Shown piece by piece: positions 52,633 through 64,000 of a DNA stretch of 64,000 nt. Source of the DNA: Nemertoderma westbladi (taxonomy: Eukaryota; Animalia; Xenacoelomorpha). How positions within the stretch are numbered: the first letter of the stretch is position 1; every line of letters starts with the position of its first letter. Both the position numbers and the translations under genes were made by a program. The stretch is from contig JAUCBJ010006713.1 of the NCBI GenBank assembly GCA_032718475.1, positions 36,899 to 100,898 on the forward strand. The letters are read 5' to 3'. The notes beneath the pieces were generated by a model. It searched no databases and was not told the DNA's origin. It saw nothing but the letters and a program-made list of their open reading frames with translations.

Positions 52633-54641
52633 TGCTAATTGTAAGATTATTTACCGTGCAGTTGATGCCTAACTGCACTAACTGCCTAACTAACTGCAAT
52701 TAATTGTATGAAAGATAATTTTAAATGTTCCCAAACACTTACAATATTAAATCTTTAGTTATTGTTTATGGTACCGTCGGATTAGCTGCCATAGACATAA
52801 TAAACAGGCTATTGTTTACAATAATACGAATATACTATGCAATTACATTCCTGGCATTCCAATACCAGCCGACTAAGGAATGCATTAACATATTGCATTG
52901 CAACCAATGCGATCTGTAAGTAGAATGAATATACATACACATTACTATCTGTACTTATAGATCTCCTTGATTGCAGCCTAACTTATAATATTAAAATTGC
53001 AGTAGCAATAATTTTTCTTTTGTAAATAGCTATTACTTCGTACTGATATTGTTTAATTTTTGTATCAATTCTGGAATAATATTTCAAAAGCCATATAAAT
53101 AAAGTAAAGTTATCGTTGACAGTGAATCACCAAACCGCGAACCAAGATAATAGTAAACAAAGTTCCTATTAGAGATGAGGTGCCTATGCTAAACGACATG
53201 ATCAGATTTGTTGTAGTCGAACCAGCGACCTTACGGAAAGGCAGTAACATCAGTAACATCAGTAACATCAGTATTGTTTCATCGTCATTCATTTAGTCGT
53301 TCTGTCCGTAGGTCTATGGAAATTGGATAGTATTATTTGGACTTAAAACAAAGGGCACATACATGATAACATTAATTTCTTAAATAAATAAAAATGATTT
53401 GATATTCTTTATTAATTTGATAGGAACAAATTGTATTAAAAAGATACCGAGAATATTCGTTTAATAACATTTCCTCTTATTATATAAAACTTACAGTCCA
53501 GTCATAATATGTCTCAACCTCGGACAAATTCCAATAAAATTTTAATTAATATTTTGTAGAATAATTAATATTTTATTATTTTCTAAAATCTGATGTTTTC
53601 CCGAACGACGTACCCCACCAAAATAATAATAATATAATCAATTTATTTGATTTCCATATTAACTCCAACCGGCGAGATGATGCGACACGGTTAGAATTCA
53701 GTAGGAATATAGGAAATGGGTTATTAATATATCGGTATCACTTCCAGTTACCATGATGAAAACTGGTTTTTTAATAAAGTTCCAACAGTCCGATTTTCGA
53801 TATGTTGAAAGGCATACAATTTTGGCCTAGATAATATTAATTTAAATTCTGTTGGAATTTGTCTGAAGTTGAGCCCTTTTTTGGCCTATTTGCTATTTTG
53901 ACTATTATGTTAAAAGTTAAGTTACAGCCGGTATTTATTATATAGTTGAACAATATGCCTGTTTTTGAGATATTATTGTCTATATAAAGTAAAATTGTAT
54001 TTCTTACTTTACCATATAAAGTGCTTTTTAGGTTTACTTCCACTTTATATAGTTGAAAATTTAAATTTCCTGATCCCATGCTGTCTCATTTACGACTATA
54101 AATTATCGGTGTTGTTAATATTATGAACATCATAATTACCTGTAAATCAGAATCATTCATAATATTATATTATAAATATGGCAGCTGTGAATAACACGTG
54201 GATCTGGAAGTAATCACATACAAGGAAGGTAATAAATTGTTTGGCAAAATGTTTAGCTCCCTACTACGCCATACACACTAAACAACGAACCTAACACGGC
54301 ATCATAACTCCCTAACTACACAACATTATACATAATATAGCCTACTTAGGTAACTACTACTAGTATAAGGTAATACTCATTAAATTTATAATTGTAATTT
54401 ATTTTTTGGCACAGGGGATTAATACCATTAATATAATAATGAGACATCAAGTAAATAATATTGTGATGCTCCCTGAACATTGTCATTATTTATAGCTACT
54501 TCATAAATATATTTTAATTTTAAGCGTTTCATTGTTTCGATAATAACTTAACAAATTAGTTGTGATGAAACGGTGACGATATATATGTAATATATTCGTT
54601 GTAAATGGTCCCTGAAATGATATTATGTTTCTGTTGCTGAA

Positions 54642-56726
54642 ATGAAAGAAAAGGTTCTAGAAAACTGTTCGGATAGCGGTGAAGATATGGAAGAAGCCGA
54701 CAACAATGCACCACACAGAAAGATTTACCTCAAAGGGGAACAGCTGAGAACCAATTCTTACTCGCTAGCCCAAGATATATTTAATAGGTAAGTGGGTAAA
54801 GTCTTTATGTCCCTAAACCAAATTCACAAAAGATGACAAAAAATAGCTACGGTTTCCATAATTCCTTACAGATGCGATCAAAGGAATAAGGGTTTCATTA
54901 CTTTGGATGAGATGAACACTGGATTTGGCGAAGGTACTGCGGATTTAAACAGCTTCCAGGTCGCCTTCTCAATGTTAGACAAACAGGGGCAGGGTCGGGT
55001 TTACAAGGAAGAATTCGTAGATGCGTTCAATGAATACCTGGAGACTGCACTTGGAAGTCAAGCAGCTGACAACCAAGAGGCTACATTCGAATACAAACCG
55101 GAACCTAATAAGTCCATTACCGGGATGCAGTGGGATGATTTTGTTAATATGTTGGCGACTAGAGCAGGTGCGTGTATCAGTAACGGTACATGAAGTACAT
55201 TAATAAAATAAGCAAATAAGTAACTCCAAACCTTATGTTTCCAGATTTTGAAAAACTGCTAAATATTATGATGACATAATTTTAAGCAAATGTTATATTT
55301 TTCAAGGAGTCCCTTTTTGTGAATAAATATCACACTCAGACGGTAGGGCCTAACTGTAGTACTAGTAAGTACTCTATTTTCCTAGGCCATATAATTACAC
55401 TAAACTGTGGTAAAATGTTAAAAAATAAATATTAATAGAAATATTTATGTTGCAGGGCAGGAGGCAGCAACTCTATTAGAGAGAGAAGAAGACATCAAAA
55501 AGATATATGAAAACTTAAAAGAAACGCAACCTCAGCTTCTCGGTAACCTTGAGGATTTCATAAGCAGAATCATCACTGATACCAAACAGATACAAATTGA
55601 GTACGAGAGAATGTCTAAGAGAAAAGCAGAACTATACGAGAAAGAAGTGAGTAGATTGTATGGAGAGATGGACGCAGCAATTAATAGGGAGCATGAGAGA
55701 ACTGAGAGAACATGCACGGAACAATTGAAACAAGAATTTAAATTACGTCTCGATATGAAAGAATCCGAACTCGATGAAATATTAGAACATAATAGAGAGT
55801 TGGAGAAGTTATTGGTTAGTAAGGAGTATTGCGAACCTGAAGGCGGTCAACCTGTAGATGAATTCCTTAACATTGTTGAAGATGGAGAAAGCAGTGATAA
55901 ACTCGCAGAAGATGATGTAGTTCTCAACAAGGTCATCGTTGAAACACGATCACTAAAGCAAGAATTGGCTCGTCACAAAAAGCAACTGAAGCGAAGTTAC
56001 ATGATAAACAAAAAATCTCACTTAAACAGCGATATTGAAGAAGAAATATTAACTAAACTCGAGCAGCTGAAATCCTTGTATGAAACTCTCGAATCTCCCT
56101 CAGTCCCTCCGGTGTCCCCAACGTGGACTCAGGAGGACTCCCCCACGCAGGTCTTCAAAGTAATCACATGTGGAGACTCCGGTGTCGGCAAAACGTGCAT
56201 TATAGACAGATACACTAGAGGATACTTTAGTAAACCAACTGTTACAGTGGCCATGCATTTCAGCAGTAAACAGTTGTTTCTCGAGAATCAAAGAATCTAC
56301 CTCCAAATATTCGATACTGCGGGTCAAGAACGATTCAGAAGTTTACCCCAAAGTTACTACAGAAAGACACACGGTGTTGTACTTGTGTACGATATCACCA
56401 GCGAGAAGTCTTTCGTAAGCGTTCGTAGTTGGCTCGGCGACATCCGAAATCAGAACAACGAGGTTCCGATTATGTTAATTGGGAATAAATGCGATATGGA
56501 TAGTCAACGCAGTGTTCCGGAGCAGACGGGAATGGAACTCGCAAGACGATATAAACTACTGTTTGTAGAGACCAGCGCCCTACACAATATTAATGTTGAT
56601 TACCTGTTTAAGGAACTGGCTAAGCGGATGACGCAGTTGGAGGTGAATCACCTGCACAGTCAGAAGCTTCCTAGTAACGACTTACTATTTATTCCACATA
56701 GGAATCCGTGTTGCAGTATATTGTAA
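54642..56726 (+). CDS. EF-hand, coiled-coil and Rab-domain large GTPase (RASEF/Rab45 - CRACR2A/Rab46 family); exons 54642-54787, 54872-55167, 55456-56726 (570 aa)
   Basis: EF loops DQRNKGFITLDE and DKQGQGRVYKEE; coiled coil; [25 protein letters not shown]; C-terminal CCSIL. The GT-AG introns are phase-consistent. Confidence 0.88.
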
Positions 56727-57789
56727 ATTATGTTAAATAAAGGTTTCACAGATTTTGTATGATCTACAGTATATACGATTATTGATATCTAACTTAACAT
56801 TCCTCCTTTGAGTTGAGTGCTGTGAAGCACTTTCGCCTCGCTTGTTACCTTTATGTTATATTTTCTTTCCCTAAACACCTTTACTTTCCCTTCATATTCT
56901 TCACGACTTAACCTATCGACTTAAAATCTTTCGGGTGTAATAATATTTAGACATCCAAATCGCTCATACTTTAATTTTCTGAAATTAGCGAAAGATAGTA
57001 AATTTCCGCTGCATCCATTTGGCCTAAGGCTAAAGACATATTGTTTATGATCTAGCCACAGATCATGATCTAGCCACATGATCGGCTGCTATTCTCAAAA
57101 TATGGGCGAATATGAATGAGTATCTCAATACCAAAACAATGCCTATCTAAACAAACATGACGTAGGAAATAAAAACGGATTTCATTAAGTAGTTTTCAAT
57201 TTCTGGTGAAACATTTGGTTAAAGGTCTAATTTTTGGGATGGGAAATCCAACGATTTGCGCCGATAACATCCAATATTCCTCAATCAATAATTGTGGCCC
57301 ATATTGGGTGACCGCCGAAAATACTCATCTATATAATTTATTACGAGATTCAGATAATATCACAGCTTACATCGGTATACAACAAATCACAATATTGAAG
57401 AATATCGACTGGTGCAATATCCATGGTTGGTGGAGGATAGACTTTATTCGAAAACTTTTAAAAATAACTTTCAAAGCTAAAATACAAATTGTAGCTCTCT
57501 ATGCACAATATATTTATTTTTAATTTAATTTATTTTATTTTAATTTTTATTTACTTTTCAAACGCTTTTAAATTAAAAAAATTCAATTTTAATCCAATAA
57601 ATTTAAATCCAATTTTAATATTATATATTTTCAAACATTTAAGTACAGTAGTGCCATCCATTCCCATCCATTATTCCCATCCCATCCCACCATTACTAAT
57701 AATATATATATATATATAATAATATATAACTATAATATGTCACATAAAACTAATGTTGTACGCAGTCGTATTAATTTATTGTTCTCAAG

Positions 57790-60117
57790 TTAATTCCTCT
57801 TCAGCAGTCCGTCTAACTGCATTACCTTAGTAGGTGGGACCTCCAACTCTTGGTTGACCCGACTATTCATATACTGACTAAGCAACAGTCTCAGTTCCCC
57901 GTTTTGCTGGGTCAGTTTATCTACATCGCTTAGCAAACCGCTTCTTTTACTGAGAATATGATAGTATTTTGTGGCTCCATCCAACAACGAAGACCAAACT
58001 TTCTCTTGTTTCCCGTCGATTGTTGAAGCTAATTTCAACCAGTAAATGGTATCCGAATCATTATCGCGATGTTTAGATTCTTCCAACTGAAACGTAGATG
58101 ATTTCATTTCCTTAACAAGTTTCTTATGATCCTCTACGAACTTTCTCAATGCCACTACAACATCATTAGCATGAACAAGTTCAACCTCTTCCGATGGAGT
58201 GGCTAGTTCAACCTCTTCTTCGTCGGCTAAGGAATCATCACGACTTCTCCCCTCCTCATCCCGACTTCTCCCCTCCTCATCCCGACTCCTCCCCTCCTCA
58301 TCCCGACTTCTCCCCTCCCCATCCCGACTTCTCCCCTCCCCATCCCGACTTCTCCCCTCCCCATCCCGACTTCTCCCCTCCCCATCCCGACTTCTCCCCT
58401 CCCCATCCCGACTCTCCGATTTACCTCCAACACTCGCTAATTCGCTCGCAACACTTCCTTCTTTGCTGTCACCGTCCTCTAGCTGTTTATCTAAGGGCTC
58501 AAATTCTTGTTTCGTTAAAACGAAATATTGTGTGAGTTTCTTTACATCGTCTTCATTTTCGATTCCCAGAGCCGCAAAGATTGTGTCGAGTTTCATAAGA
58601 TTCCGTTCGTCCGTGTCCAAAGGCTGCAGTAAACGCAGTAGTTTCTCTTCGACTAGAAACCCCGATTCGTTACTCAACAATTCCAAAATATTCTTTATTG
58701 TTGGAACCGAGAACTGAACCCCATCCAGCTCCACGTTACTTCCCTCTTCCGACGCGAAGACTCGCTTCGCGATCTCGGATGCGGTTACTTGCGTCTCGAG
58801 TTTCGTGGCCGGCGGCCCAACATTGTCCAGATAGTCGAGGTCGGGTTGTACCCAATCCAACCCGAGTTGCTGCTCATGGATCAACCGGTCCGCCTCCAGT
58901 AAATCCTTGGCGACCTTCTTAGCTTCCTCTTCCTGCATAATCCAAATGTCGTAGAACTTCTGGGCGTCGCTGGCCACGAAATGCTGTGACTTTTTCTGAA
59001 GATTATAGAAATGTTGAGTAATCCTGTTGTAATCGTCCCGCAGTTGGCCGTTTTCGTCCCGATAAAACTTATCGGATTTACTCATTTTATTTTTGAGTTG
59101 ATTCAAAACATCCTGTAACTTAGTAATCCGTCTCTTTTGTTGGCTCTTAGTGATGGTATTCTCTTCGTCTCGTTTCTTCAAAACCTGGAAGTTATACTCC
59201 AATTTCTCCTGATTCAACTGATACGTTGCCTTCATCTGCTGCAGTTGCTGCTCCAATATGGCGACATCCGTCTCCATTTTAATCTTTACGGCGTTATATT
59301 CCTCAGCGTCTTGCGTTCTAAAATTCTTCAACTGAGTCTCATAGTTATCCACACGGCGTTGCCGCTCCTCCATAAATACGACTTCTTTGTGACGTTTATC
59401 ATCCATTAATTCTTCCCATTTAGATTTATTGTGGCCCAAAATAGATTTCCTTTCGTCAAGAAACGCTTTCTCTATGACCGTCAACTCTTCTCGATACGCC
59501 CTCGTTAATTGTTGTATTTGTTCTTCGCATCTCTCAACTAGAAGATCGATATCCTCCGCTTGTTTCTTAAGGTCTTTCACGTAATAATCATCTTTAATTT
59601 TAAGTTCCTTCTGAAACTCATCAATCAGTTTGTTTTTCTCGTCGACCATCGCATCGCACGCCGCTTTCTGTTGAAGTAAAAGTTCCTGCAACTCCTGTGG
59701 AATTTTTTTATTATCCGCTGTAACCCACCGTTTAGTTATTCCATCGAATCTTTCCATTCCCGCTTTCGCTTCCGCTTCCAACTTATCAACTCTGTTCTTC
59801 TTTATTTCGCTGTCTTCCCGTCGCCGATGTGCCTCTCTCGAATCGCTGGCTATCTTAATGTTACTAACCAGTTCAGTACCATCTGTTGTTAATTTGCCAA
59901 GCCTTTTTCGCGAGTCGTCTATTTGTTGTCGGCTGACAGTAAACTCTTCCTTCTGGTCTTTGACGGCGTCAATGGTTTCACCTAGAGCTTCCTGTTGTTG
60001 TTGTTCGATTCGTCGTTGTATCCGAAGTCTTCGAGCTGCGATTCTCTCATCCGGGTCCCTCGAGTCGACACTCGGACCGGTATTCTCATCGTCATAATCG
60101 CGAGCGTTTCGATTCAT
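57790..60117 (-). CDS. DRC1: Dynein regulatory complex protein 1 (CCDC164), intronless CDS, 775 aa
   Basis: GPSVDSRDPDERIAARRLRI, LEQQLQQMKATYQLNQEKLEYNFQVLKKRDEEN, LLSNESGFLVE, YMNSRVNQELEVPPT. Confidence 0.95.
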   Translation of the reverse strand: MNRNARDYDDENTGPSVDSRDPDERIAARRLRIQRRIEQQQQEALGETIDAVKDQKEEFTVSRQQIDDSRKRLGKLTTDGTELVSNIKIASDSREAHRRREDSEIKKNRVDKLEAEAKAGMERFDGITKRWVTADNKKIPQELQELLLQQKAACDAMVDEKNKLIDEFQKELKIKDDYYVKDLKKQAEDIDLLVERCEEQIQQLTRAYREELTVIEKAFLDERKSILGHNKSKWEELMDDKRHKEVVFMEERQRRVDNYETQLKNFRTQDAEEYNAVKIKMETDVAILEQQLQQMKATYQLNQEKLEYNFQVLKKRDEENTITKSQQKRRITKLQDVLNQLKNKMSKSDKFYRDENGQLRDDYNRITQHFYNLQKKSQHFVASDAQKFYDIWIMQEEEAKKVAKDLLEADRLIHEQQLGLDWVQPDLDYLDNVGPPATKLETQVTASEIAKRVFASEEGSNVELDGVQFSVPTIKNILELLSNESGFLVEEKLLRLLQPLDTDERNLMKLDTIFAALGIENEDDVKKLTQYFVLTKQEFEPLDKQLEDGDSKEGSVASELASVGGKSESRDGEGRSRDGEGRSRDGEGRSRDGEGRSRDGEGRSRDEEGRSRDEEGRSRDEEGRSRDDSLADEEEVELATPSEEVELVHANDVVVALRKFVEDHKKLVKEMKSSTFQLEESKHRDNDSDTIYWLKLASTIDGKQEKVWSSLLDGATKYYHILSKRSGLLSDVDKLTQQNGELRLLLSQYMNSRVNQELEVPPTKVMQLDGLLKRN
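58239..58412 (-). repeat. Coding 21-bp minisatellite in DRC1 encoding (SRDGEGR/SRDEEGR) repeats
   Basis: About 8 tandem CCCCATCCCGACTTCTCCCCT units, in frame. Confidence 0.93.
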
Positions 60118-60282
60118 TTTGCAATCAAGAAACGATATTAATACAAACTGATACTCATAAAATTATTTTTGTTGAGATAAAGTGAGCAAGAATACCTGTA
60201 ACGTGGCAGCCAGTTAGTTAGGTAAAAGTTTTGTAGACAATAAATTACCGATACTAGATAATAAATATTTTGTTGCTTGTGT

Positions 60283-60295
60283 GTAACCTAGCAAC
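60283..60295. promoter_or_regulatory. RFX X-box in the DRC1/RCCD1 divergent intergenic region
   Basis: GTAACC-T-AGCAAC fits GTNRCC-N0-3-RGYAAC; ~165 bp upstream of the DRC1 ATG. Confidence 0.65.
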
Positions 60296-60693
60296 ACGAT
60301 TATAATGTATTTTTAATTTAACAAAAAATAATAGGACATTCAATATAATGTAATATAGATAAACATAATTCAGCTGTAACGCATAAATAATTTAGACATG
60401 CAATTGTTGAATAATCTTACAATAAAGTAAAGAAAAACAACCACATAAAATGTCATACTTATTTTATAAATTAGAAATATAACCTATGTTGTGCATAATT
60501 AATACTTCAGCATTTGGAAGTAATGGCGGGAAGTTTGAGTGGTTGTATTAACAACTATACACACACATTACTGGAGAAACCATAGTATTATTTTAGTTAT
60601 AGGCCTATTCACACTGCCTTAATATAAAGTCAATGATCTGGAAGGCTGCAACAATCACAATCACGGAATTGAAATCAAACAATGTGAGTCGAG

Positions 60694-61992
60694 ATGAATG
60701 AACGACAATTGGTTTTGTATTGCGGGAGTAATCTGTTCCAACAGCTCCCCGGACTCGATTGCCCAAGGGAATCAGTATTTACGCCGACTAGGTGTACCGG
60801 TACCACGGAAGAAGAAGACAACAGATTGGAATTTATCTGCGGGACCTGGAGTTCGACCTTGTGGAAGAATTACCAGGATACTTCTAGCGGATTATCTACG
60901 TATTGTATGTTTGGTAACAGCAGAGAGATACCTCATTCGTTAGGAACTGCGACAAAAATTATTCTAGATGAACTGAATATCTACGGTATCATAGATGGTA
61001 AACTCCATGTATTTCGGAATTCAGAGAACATAGCAGTTATATCAGCAAAGGATTGTATTATTGATGTAAGTACTGGTAAACATGTCATTGTTTGCGTAAC
61101 TTCGCAAGGGCAATCATATTGGTGCCGCACTAGCCTTATAAAATCCGAAACCAGTTTTCAAGAAATTCCTTTAGAATTGTCATCTTTTCTCGATTCTCCC
61201 AATATTACCAAAGTGTCTTGCGGCAAGGAACACGTTGTATTACTTTCGGAACGCGGTGTTGTTTTTACTCTCGGATCTAACGGTCGAGGCCAGTTGGGAT
61301 CGGGTAAGGTAGACCCTACTCGAGTGAGCGAGACCGGATCTCGGGTGGGGGGTCTAGCGGGTCTGGCCGTTACGGATGTAGCGGCAGGCGGATGGCATAC
61401 GTTGGCGGGGACGCTGGAAGGGGTGGTGTTCGGGTGGGGTTGGAACGAGATGAGGCAACTAGGTTTGCCGAATACAGACAGTCGTACTAAGTGTAAAATA
61501 AACTCTGATCCAGACAGACTACCTCGGGCAAATAACAGTAATACAGACACTAGTGTAAGGTCCATTGGGTCGGATTGCGCCATCCGAGTGGAATGTAAAG
61601 ATGCAACTGACATTACTGGGTTTCAACTAAATAACCAATCGATTACTGACTTGGAGAGCGATGTTAAACACCCAACAGAATCGATCATAGAAGATGACCC
61701 AGTTGCTGTGATATGTCTCGCCGAACCTGAGCCTGTGTTTGTCCCGGGTTGCGGCGCCGACGTGGACAGACGCAACAAATCGGTTACAGTTAGCTGCGGT
61801 TCCCGACACAGTGCGGTTGTTTGTTTCTGCGGTAAAGTTTATACTTTTGGTTGTAACCACAGCGGTCAGCTTGGTCGTCTAGACGTATCCTACCAACCTG
61901 TCGCGATTACAAACATTCCTCTTGTGCGCGATGTTAAATGTGTACAATGGTCCACTTTTATTTTCTGCCATGATTCTGATAGTAGTTTTTAA
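60694..61992 (+). CDS. RCCD1: RCC1 domain-containing protein 1, intronless CDS, 432 aa
   Basis: RCC1 repeats VSCGKEHVVLL...GRGQLG, VAAGGWHT...GWGWNE.RQLG, VSCGSRHSAV...SGQLG, with an insert between repeats as in RCCD1. Confidence 0.8.
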   Translation: MNERQLVLYCGSNLFQQLPGLDCPRESVFTPTRCTGTTEEEDNRLEFICGTWSSTLWKNYQDTSSGLSTYCMFGNSREIPHSLGTATKIILDELNIYGIIDGKLHVFRNSENIAVISAKDCIIDVSTGKHVIVCVTSQGQSYWCRTSLIKSETSFQEIPLELSSFLDSPNITKVSCGKEHVVLLSERGVVFTLGSNGRGQLGSGKVDPTRVSETGSRVGGLAGLAVTDVAAGGWHTLAGTLEGVVFGWGWNEMRQLGLPNTDSRTKCKINSDPDRLPRANNSNTDTSVRSIGSDCAIRVECKDATDITGFQLNNQSITDLESDVKHPTESIIEDDPVAVICLAEPEPVFVPGCGADVDRRNKSVTVSCGSRHSAVVCFCGKVYTFGCNHSGQLGRLDVSYQPVAITNIPLVRDVKCVQWSTFIFCHDSDSSF

Positions 61993-62583
61993 TTATAAAC
62001 AAATACTTTAGTCCGTCACACCCGTTCGTTTTAAACTGTAGATTTAAATTAAAAGGTACTCCGAAATTTAAGTGGCTGTTCGAAATAAAAAACAGATGAG
62101 ATGTTTGAACTCAGCGCATTCATATTGACCAAACTAAACGTGTCAAAATGTTGAACATGTTATTGACAAAATAGATTTGCCTGCGAACCAATTTTTTAAA
62201 ATTTAAGTCGGAAATCACCTGACTTTTGATGAAATATTGATTTTTTTAATGTTTTTTCCAACGGAAATTGTGTTTTCTATAAAAATATAACAATCACAAA
62301 CAATTTAGAAAGATTTCATTCAATAGAATTCAAGCGGAGCGAAATTGATCCCGATTGTTGTTATTGAATGCAGCTTGACCACCATTTTCCAAACCGTTTA
62401 AACGCCTAAAATGCGACGAGGGGGGGGGGGGGGGGGGGACTTTTCGCAAATCCCATCTTGGTGAATTTAATAACTTGTCTCAGCGGATTAATAATTCGTC
62501 TCAACGTGTTTAATATCAATTAAGGGGAATGAGTAGGTTACAGTGACATTTCCAAAACAATAGTGTAATGTTATTCTAACCAA

Positions 62584-63958
62584 ACTACTACTACTAGGAT
62601 CGGCATGCTGCATTGCAGCTGCATTTTTAAGAATGCTGTGCCGGCTTGTCGACAAAATTGCGCCGCCACAACTCCCATCACCCATGACATTTGCTAGATC
62701 ATCCGCATCTTCAAGGTCAGTGTCCTTTAAGATGCGTCTCAGGAAAGTCATGGGCTGTCCACCATGCTTATTCACTCCATGAGGCCTCCAAAGTACAAGA
62801 TTATGCACTGGCTGGTCCTCACGGCGAAAGCAATGTCCTGGAAAGCGGAGGCGACTTTGTTCTAGTGTCAAGCTTGGGGAACCAATGAGACACTTCCAAT
62901 GTCATATATTGTCTGGTTGGAGATGTGTGCATTGTACTTGACACAATGAACCCACCGTAGCATTCTTGGTGATGTACCATCCAGAGATTTGGTGTCCTCA
63001 GTAGTTAGAGCCCAGCATTGACTCCCATAGAGGAGTACTGGAACTACTGCTGCTCGAAATAATCGGACCTTAAGTTTCCGATTAATTCTCGGTGACTTCC
63101 AAATCCTGGAAAGCCTATTCAAGGCTGCCCATGCCTTTCCGTTACGCATTCGAAGGTGATCCAGGTCCAGGTATCCATGATCCAGGTAACAGAAGTCGTC
63201 CACATGCTCAAGCATACCATCCTTTGAGCTTATGCTCATCCGGTCAGAGTCTTGCTGAGGACTTTCAAATTTAACTGTCAAAATTTTGGTCTTTTTGGAG
63301 TTGATAAAAAAGAGACCAACACTAGAAGCAGCCTGTTCTAATGAGCTGAGGAGCCGTTGGGCTTCCTCTAGTCTAGATCAGTTAGGTACTTGGCAGGATT
63401 TCCTCGACTTCTGGAGCCAGTAGGTGGAGTTACCATCACCCCATCATCATTATGATGATCTAAGGACATGCGTAGAACATAGTCAACCTCAATTATGAAC
63501 AAGAACGGCGCAAGTGTGTCTCCTTGGAGGACTCCCCTATACATCAAATGGTTTTGTGTCACCATCAACAGTAGACACAAATTTGTCGAACATCGTATAC
63601 TGATCTGATTGCTGCAATGAATCCCATATAATGAAAGTATGCTGAACATACGTGAGCGAGAGACTGAATCAAAGACCTTGAAGAAGTCAACAAAGATAAC
63701 AGCCAGATGCCTGTCTTTCATTTTTGATAACTCTTCAATTATCCTTCTAAGTGCCAAAATGGGCTCCATGGTCCCACGACCTTTACGGAACCCATTCTGA
63801 TTTCCACGGAGCAGTCTCTCAAATGGGATCCCTGATGCGATTTAATAGAATTCTATTGTATAGCTTTGCAGCAATCGAGATCAATGAGATTCCCCGAAAA
63901 GAACCATTGAGTGTTAGGTTGCCCTTCTTGGGAACTGGCACCAACTTATTTGTTTTCA
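62584..63958 (-). mobile_element. 5'-truncated, frameshifted RTE-like LINE (RT and 3' end with (TAG)n tail)
   Basis: FVDFFKVFDSV, GVLQGDTLAPFLF, PVLLYGSQCW, RFPGHC; plus-strand CTA repeats at 62585-62596. Confidence 0.9.
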
Positions 63959-64000
63959 TTTATATATATGTATTTCATTATATATTTTCATTATGTATTA

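Overview
Eukaryotic genomic DNA, most likely from an invertebrate animal with motile cilia. About 50 kb is a dense, nested transposon island. It holds three minus-strand LTR retrotransposons (two clearly Bel/Pao, one probably). One is a young, full-length 17.6-kb copy (30096-47674) with a 5-bp TSD, near-identical 1.17-kb LTRs, an extra non-env zinc-knuckle ORF and a non-tRNA PBS. The island also holds decayed LINEs, several MITEs with readable TIRs/TSDs, and minisatellites. Four host genes are supported: Rab14 (3 exons), an EF-hand/coiled-coil large Rab (RASEF/CRACR2A family, 3 exons), intronless DRC1 and intronless RCCD1; the last two are head-to-head around an RFX X-box. The most striking non-coding signal is a ~409-nt retrozyme-like unit inserted into a LINE with a 12-bp TSD. 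In it, a tRNA-type Pol III promoter (A/B boxes) runs directly into a minimal type I hammerhead ribozyme, arranged as a partial tandem plus an inverted copy that starts just 3' of the predicted cleavage site. All calls were made by eye; no database searches were run.
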